Assembly: GCA_039621445.1 (NCBI GenBank)
Contig: CP154954.1
Location: forward strand, 29,047,837-29,111,836
Direction: 5' to 3'
Length of the DNA stretch: 64,000 nucleotides
DNA from: Euglena gracilis
Lineage: Eukaryota
The position numbers and the translations under genes were made by a program. The notes under the pieces are model-generated. The model worked only from the letters and a program-made list of their open reading frames with translations. It did no database searches and had not been told where the DNA came from. Below are positions 60,651 to 64,000 of the stretch, piece by piece (position 1 is the stretch's first letter; every line of letters begins with the position of its first letter).

Positions 60651-63600
60651 CAAGAGGGAACACAAAAAAAATCGTGCTTGACGGCTTGAGCCCACCCCTA
60701 CTTGCATGTCCTCTGCAAGCTGGAGTCCACCAAAATTGACATATTGGCCTCCCCCAGGGATGTATGGGAAGCGAGGGGTCTGGACCCCCCACCCAAGATG
60801 GAGTTGGACCCCCCCTCCCACCTCAAAACTGAAGAGGGCCAGGAAAATTTTCGGTTTTGCGGACGGGCAAACGCCCGGAAACTAGACCGAAATTGTTGCT
60901 GAATTTTTCTTCAAAAATGAATACAAAAATGCTTTTTTGACACATTCTTTTTGTGGAAAACAACAGAAATCAAAAAATGTGCATGCAATATGCTCAAAAG
61001 TGAGGAAAAAAAGACTTTTTTTTTTAAATCCACTTTCATTGCGCGCTGGAAGAAAATATTCGCTAATTTTTTTATTTTTGGAATCTGTCAAGAAGAGGGG
61101 GCACCCCCTCCCAACATCTAGGGAGAGGGTGGTCTGGACGTCCCCCCCCCCTACCACCTTACCCCTCCCAGAGGGGGGGGGGGTTGGGACAGGTTTTGTG
61201 TACTGCTGAGCTCTTTACGTGCCTGATGGTGCCATGCCGTAGCAGATGTCTGAGGCATGTAACTGCCAGGGCGGACCTTCGGCCCAACCTGGCAGCCCGG
61301 CCCAGCCCACCTCAATGTGGCAAACCGGAGGAAGCGGCCCATCCCAGCAATGGCGGCCCAGCGGCCCGGCGGCTCGGCCCAGCCCGTTTCCAAAACATCT
61401 CAGAAATGAAGCAAAATTAAAGGAAATGTCCTACGACCTAAAATAAAGCCCTTGTTGGTCCTATCCAATGGTACTTTGATTTCCCCGCAACTCCAAGGTG
61501 AGCCCGAGTTCTGGCCATTTTGAAGCCGTTTGGCTCCACATCTGTACTGTTTTGGGTTCTACCCCCCCTTTCCCCCAGTGGTAAACTTTGCTCTTGCTCT
61601 AAAAATGTGAAAGCTCAGCGAACCCCCCCAACCCCCACTACCACCAACCTCAAAACCGAAGTGCTTCCCATCTGTCTGAGTCCTCCCCTTATTGACCAGA
61701 GTTCATGGCACATTTTAAAAGAAAATTAACTTTATTGGCAGCAAACAGGGATGATGGCCTCATTGGGCCGCACAATTTTGGAGCGGGAATTGATTTGCTG
61801 CCCATACTCCTGTGTCCTCATCGCAGTGCAGTCGCTGCAGCCCTCTCCCCAGACAATATGGCACCGTGGGACAAGAATTATATACAAAGTAAAATGACTT
61901 TTGCAACAAGAACCACCCATGAAAATGATTGCAATATGGGGTGATTTTGGTCATTTTACCTGTTATTTGGCCAAATTTGAGTAGTTTTGCCACTACATCT
62001 CATCGCGTCTATGCCAATGACCACATCATCTGTCCAAAAAAAAAAGCTAAACGCAGCCGCAATACATCAAATGCCAGACCATTGTGCCAATGGCGCACAC
62101 ATTGATTCACGACGTCCGATGATAGTGGCACACAGCGTCTGGAGCACTTCCTCCCCATGCATACATAAGAGAGCGGGCCACCTCGTGCTGCAGGTGTGCC
62201 ACCCAGTCGAACGTTACCGGCAAAACTGGTCACGGTCCTCGCGGATGGTGTGAGTGTGTGGGCCAAGGATGACTATCCGATCCCCTTCCCGGACACGTAG
62301 CGCACCACGGCTGCATCGTCGTCGGGCGAGACGAAGATCAACCTTTCTGTGGCGCAGAGGAAGAGACACAATAGGATGCAAAGCCGTACGCCCCTCAGCT
62401 GAAATGAGTGACCCCACCCAATAGACTTCGGCTGCCCAAATAATATCCCCCCCCACACTGCCGTGAAAGGGAAAAGGCACAAGGAGAAAAATAACAAACA
62501 TCGATGAAATTTGGTCAGAAATTATAACAAAAATCTTTTCAAAAAATCATTGTTTTCAAAAATATGACTTGTGCAAAAATCACCGAAATTGCTTGTAGAC
62601 CAATCTTTGACTTTTGAAAATTTGCCCAGATGATAAGTTTTTTTTTTTAATTAACCCCCCCCCCTTCAGCAGGTGTGTATGAAAAAGTCTCGTTGGGGGT
62701 TCAGACCCCCCACCCGGGAGGTGGGGAGTAACCCCCCACCCATTACAGAACCACACAAGGAAAATATCCTTCGGCACCGAAAAAATAAAATTTTGTCCTA
62801 AAGATCGACGCCCCGGAAATACGGGAAGGCCTGGTGGGGGGGGAGCCTCCTGAGGGTGGGGTCCCACCCACCACCCATTTTGGGGTTTGGGGATTCCCAT
62901 AAAGCCCTGTCCCCTGGACCCTGACTTTGGGTGTCCAAACAATTTACTGTACTGGGGGGCTTTGGACCATTGCACTGACTGGGACCCCAGAGCGGCGGAC
63001 TTGTGGTTTTAACACCAGAACAATTCCATTTTTCTTTGAGCCGTGTGGTCTTTTGTGACTGGCTCAGACAGGGCCGAGAGCCATTTTTTTTTGCTGAACA
63101 ACGTCGCGGCAATTTTGAGCAGCACAAAACACACGTTCCCCCCCCCTTTGTTTGTGTACCCTCTTCTGAAACATTGTGGAGGTCAGCCAGGGGGAGCCAT
63201 GAAGAATTAAAACTGGTCAAAATTCAGTTATGGCTCAATTGCAACGCACCCATGTCGCATATTCATGTTGCAAAAATGGGGCCAGAGGCGGCCAGAAAGT
63301 AGCAAACCCTTGTCGCACACCATATGGGACACCCAACTGCAATGCATACAAAAATCTGTGCAACGAATCAGCACGGGTTGTTTCAACAATTGGGAATTAA
63401 AAATGGCTCCAAAAACTGGACGGTTTTGGGGGGGATGGAGGGATTTGGGCACTTCCGCCAGAATCAACAAAAAGTGGTATTGCGTCTCTTGAAAATCATC
63501 AATTCAAAAAATGGCAGACAAATTTGCATGGTTTCTTTGGCCAGGAAATAGTTGGGCATTTTTTGGCCGAACCAATTTTGTACTCGACGCCCACCCACCG

Positions 63601-64000
63601 TACCCCAGAGAGTGACCCAACTATTTTGCTTAATACAAAATGCACTTAAGGCGGTGCCCTTCTGGGATCTCCATGACTTTGGCCCTAAACCCAGCTGCTT
63701 TGGTTTCACTGGCTCCAACCCAAAGCTCAAATATAAAACATCCATGCTCTTTTGTGATGGCATTGATAAGACGTTGCTTCAGCTTTTGTTACAGTTGCGT
63801 GCTTGCAGCTGCACACCGTTTCTACCTTCTCTTTCAAATCTGGTTGTGTTGCAACCAACCATCCAGACCCGATTGCAACCAAAACAGGTTGGCGTTGTTG
63901 TCTGGTTCCCACTGTGGCCTGCTTTTGACGGGAGCACGGGGCGTTTGGTGGGTTATGGTCCGTTTTTTTTGGGTTATGGCTTGGTGGGTTGGCCTGTGGT

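Noticed and set aside
61200-62350. Possible exons of another minus-strand gene
   Set aside because: GC-rich blocks are present, but I found no recognisable motif or consistent frame.

Overview
Eukaryotic nuclear DNA, very probably from Euglena or a close euglenid. The evidence is a near-perfect copy of the Euglena spliced-leader (SL) exon and introns that follow the euglenid non-GT-AG rule. Left to right: (1) a 213-bp tandem satellite (1-5616). (2) A minus-strand cassette made of a genomic SL copy, an intronless low-complexity ORF1 and an ORF2 with a T2A-like ribosome-skipping peptide and Cys/His motifs; ORF2 is cut off by the satellite. (3) A MAP kinase gene (10619-34384, about 15 exons, about 484 aa, TNY activation motif) whose introns are all nonconventional stem-closed introns packed with MITE-like and simple repeats; several keep degenerate 8-bp target-site duplications. 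(4) Two convergent DIRS-type tyrosine-recombinase retrotransposons; one has complete ITR/ICR architecture and its 3' end (recombinase catalytic domain + ICR + right ITR + flank) is amplified about 7 times as a 1.1-kb tandem array. (5) A degenerate ORF region and a minus-strand, intron-split P-loop NTPase gene (AAA_28/TTD14-like). All assignments were made by eye from motifs, without database searches. Frameshifts in long homopolymers may be sequencing errors.
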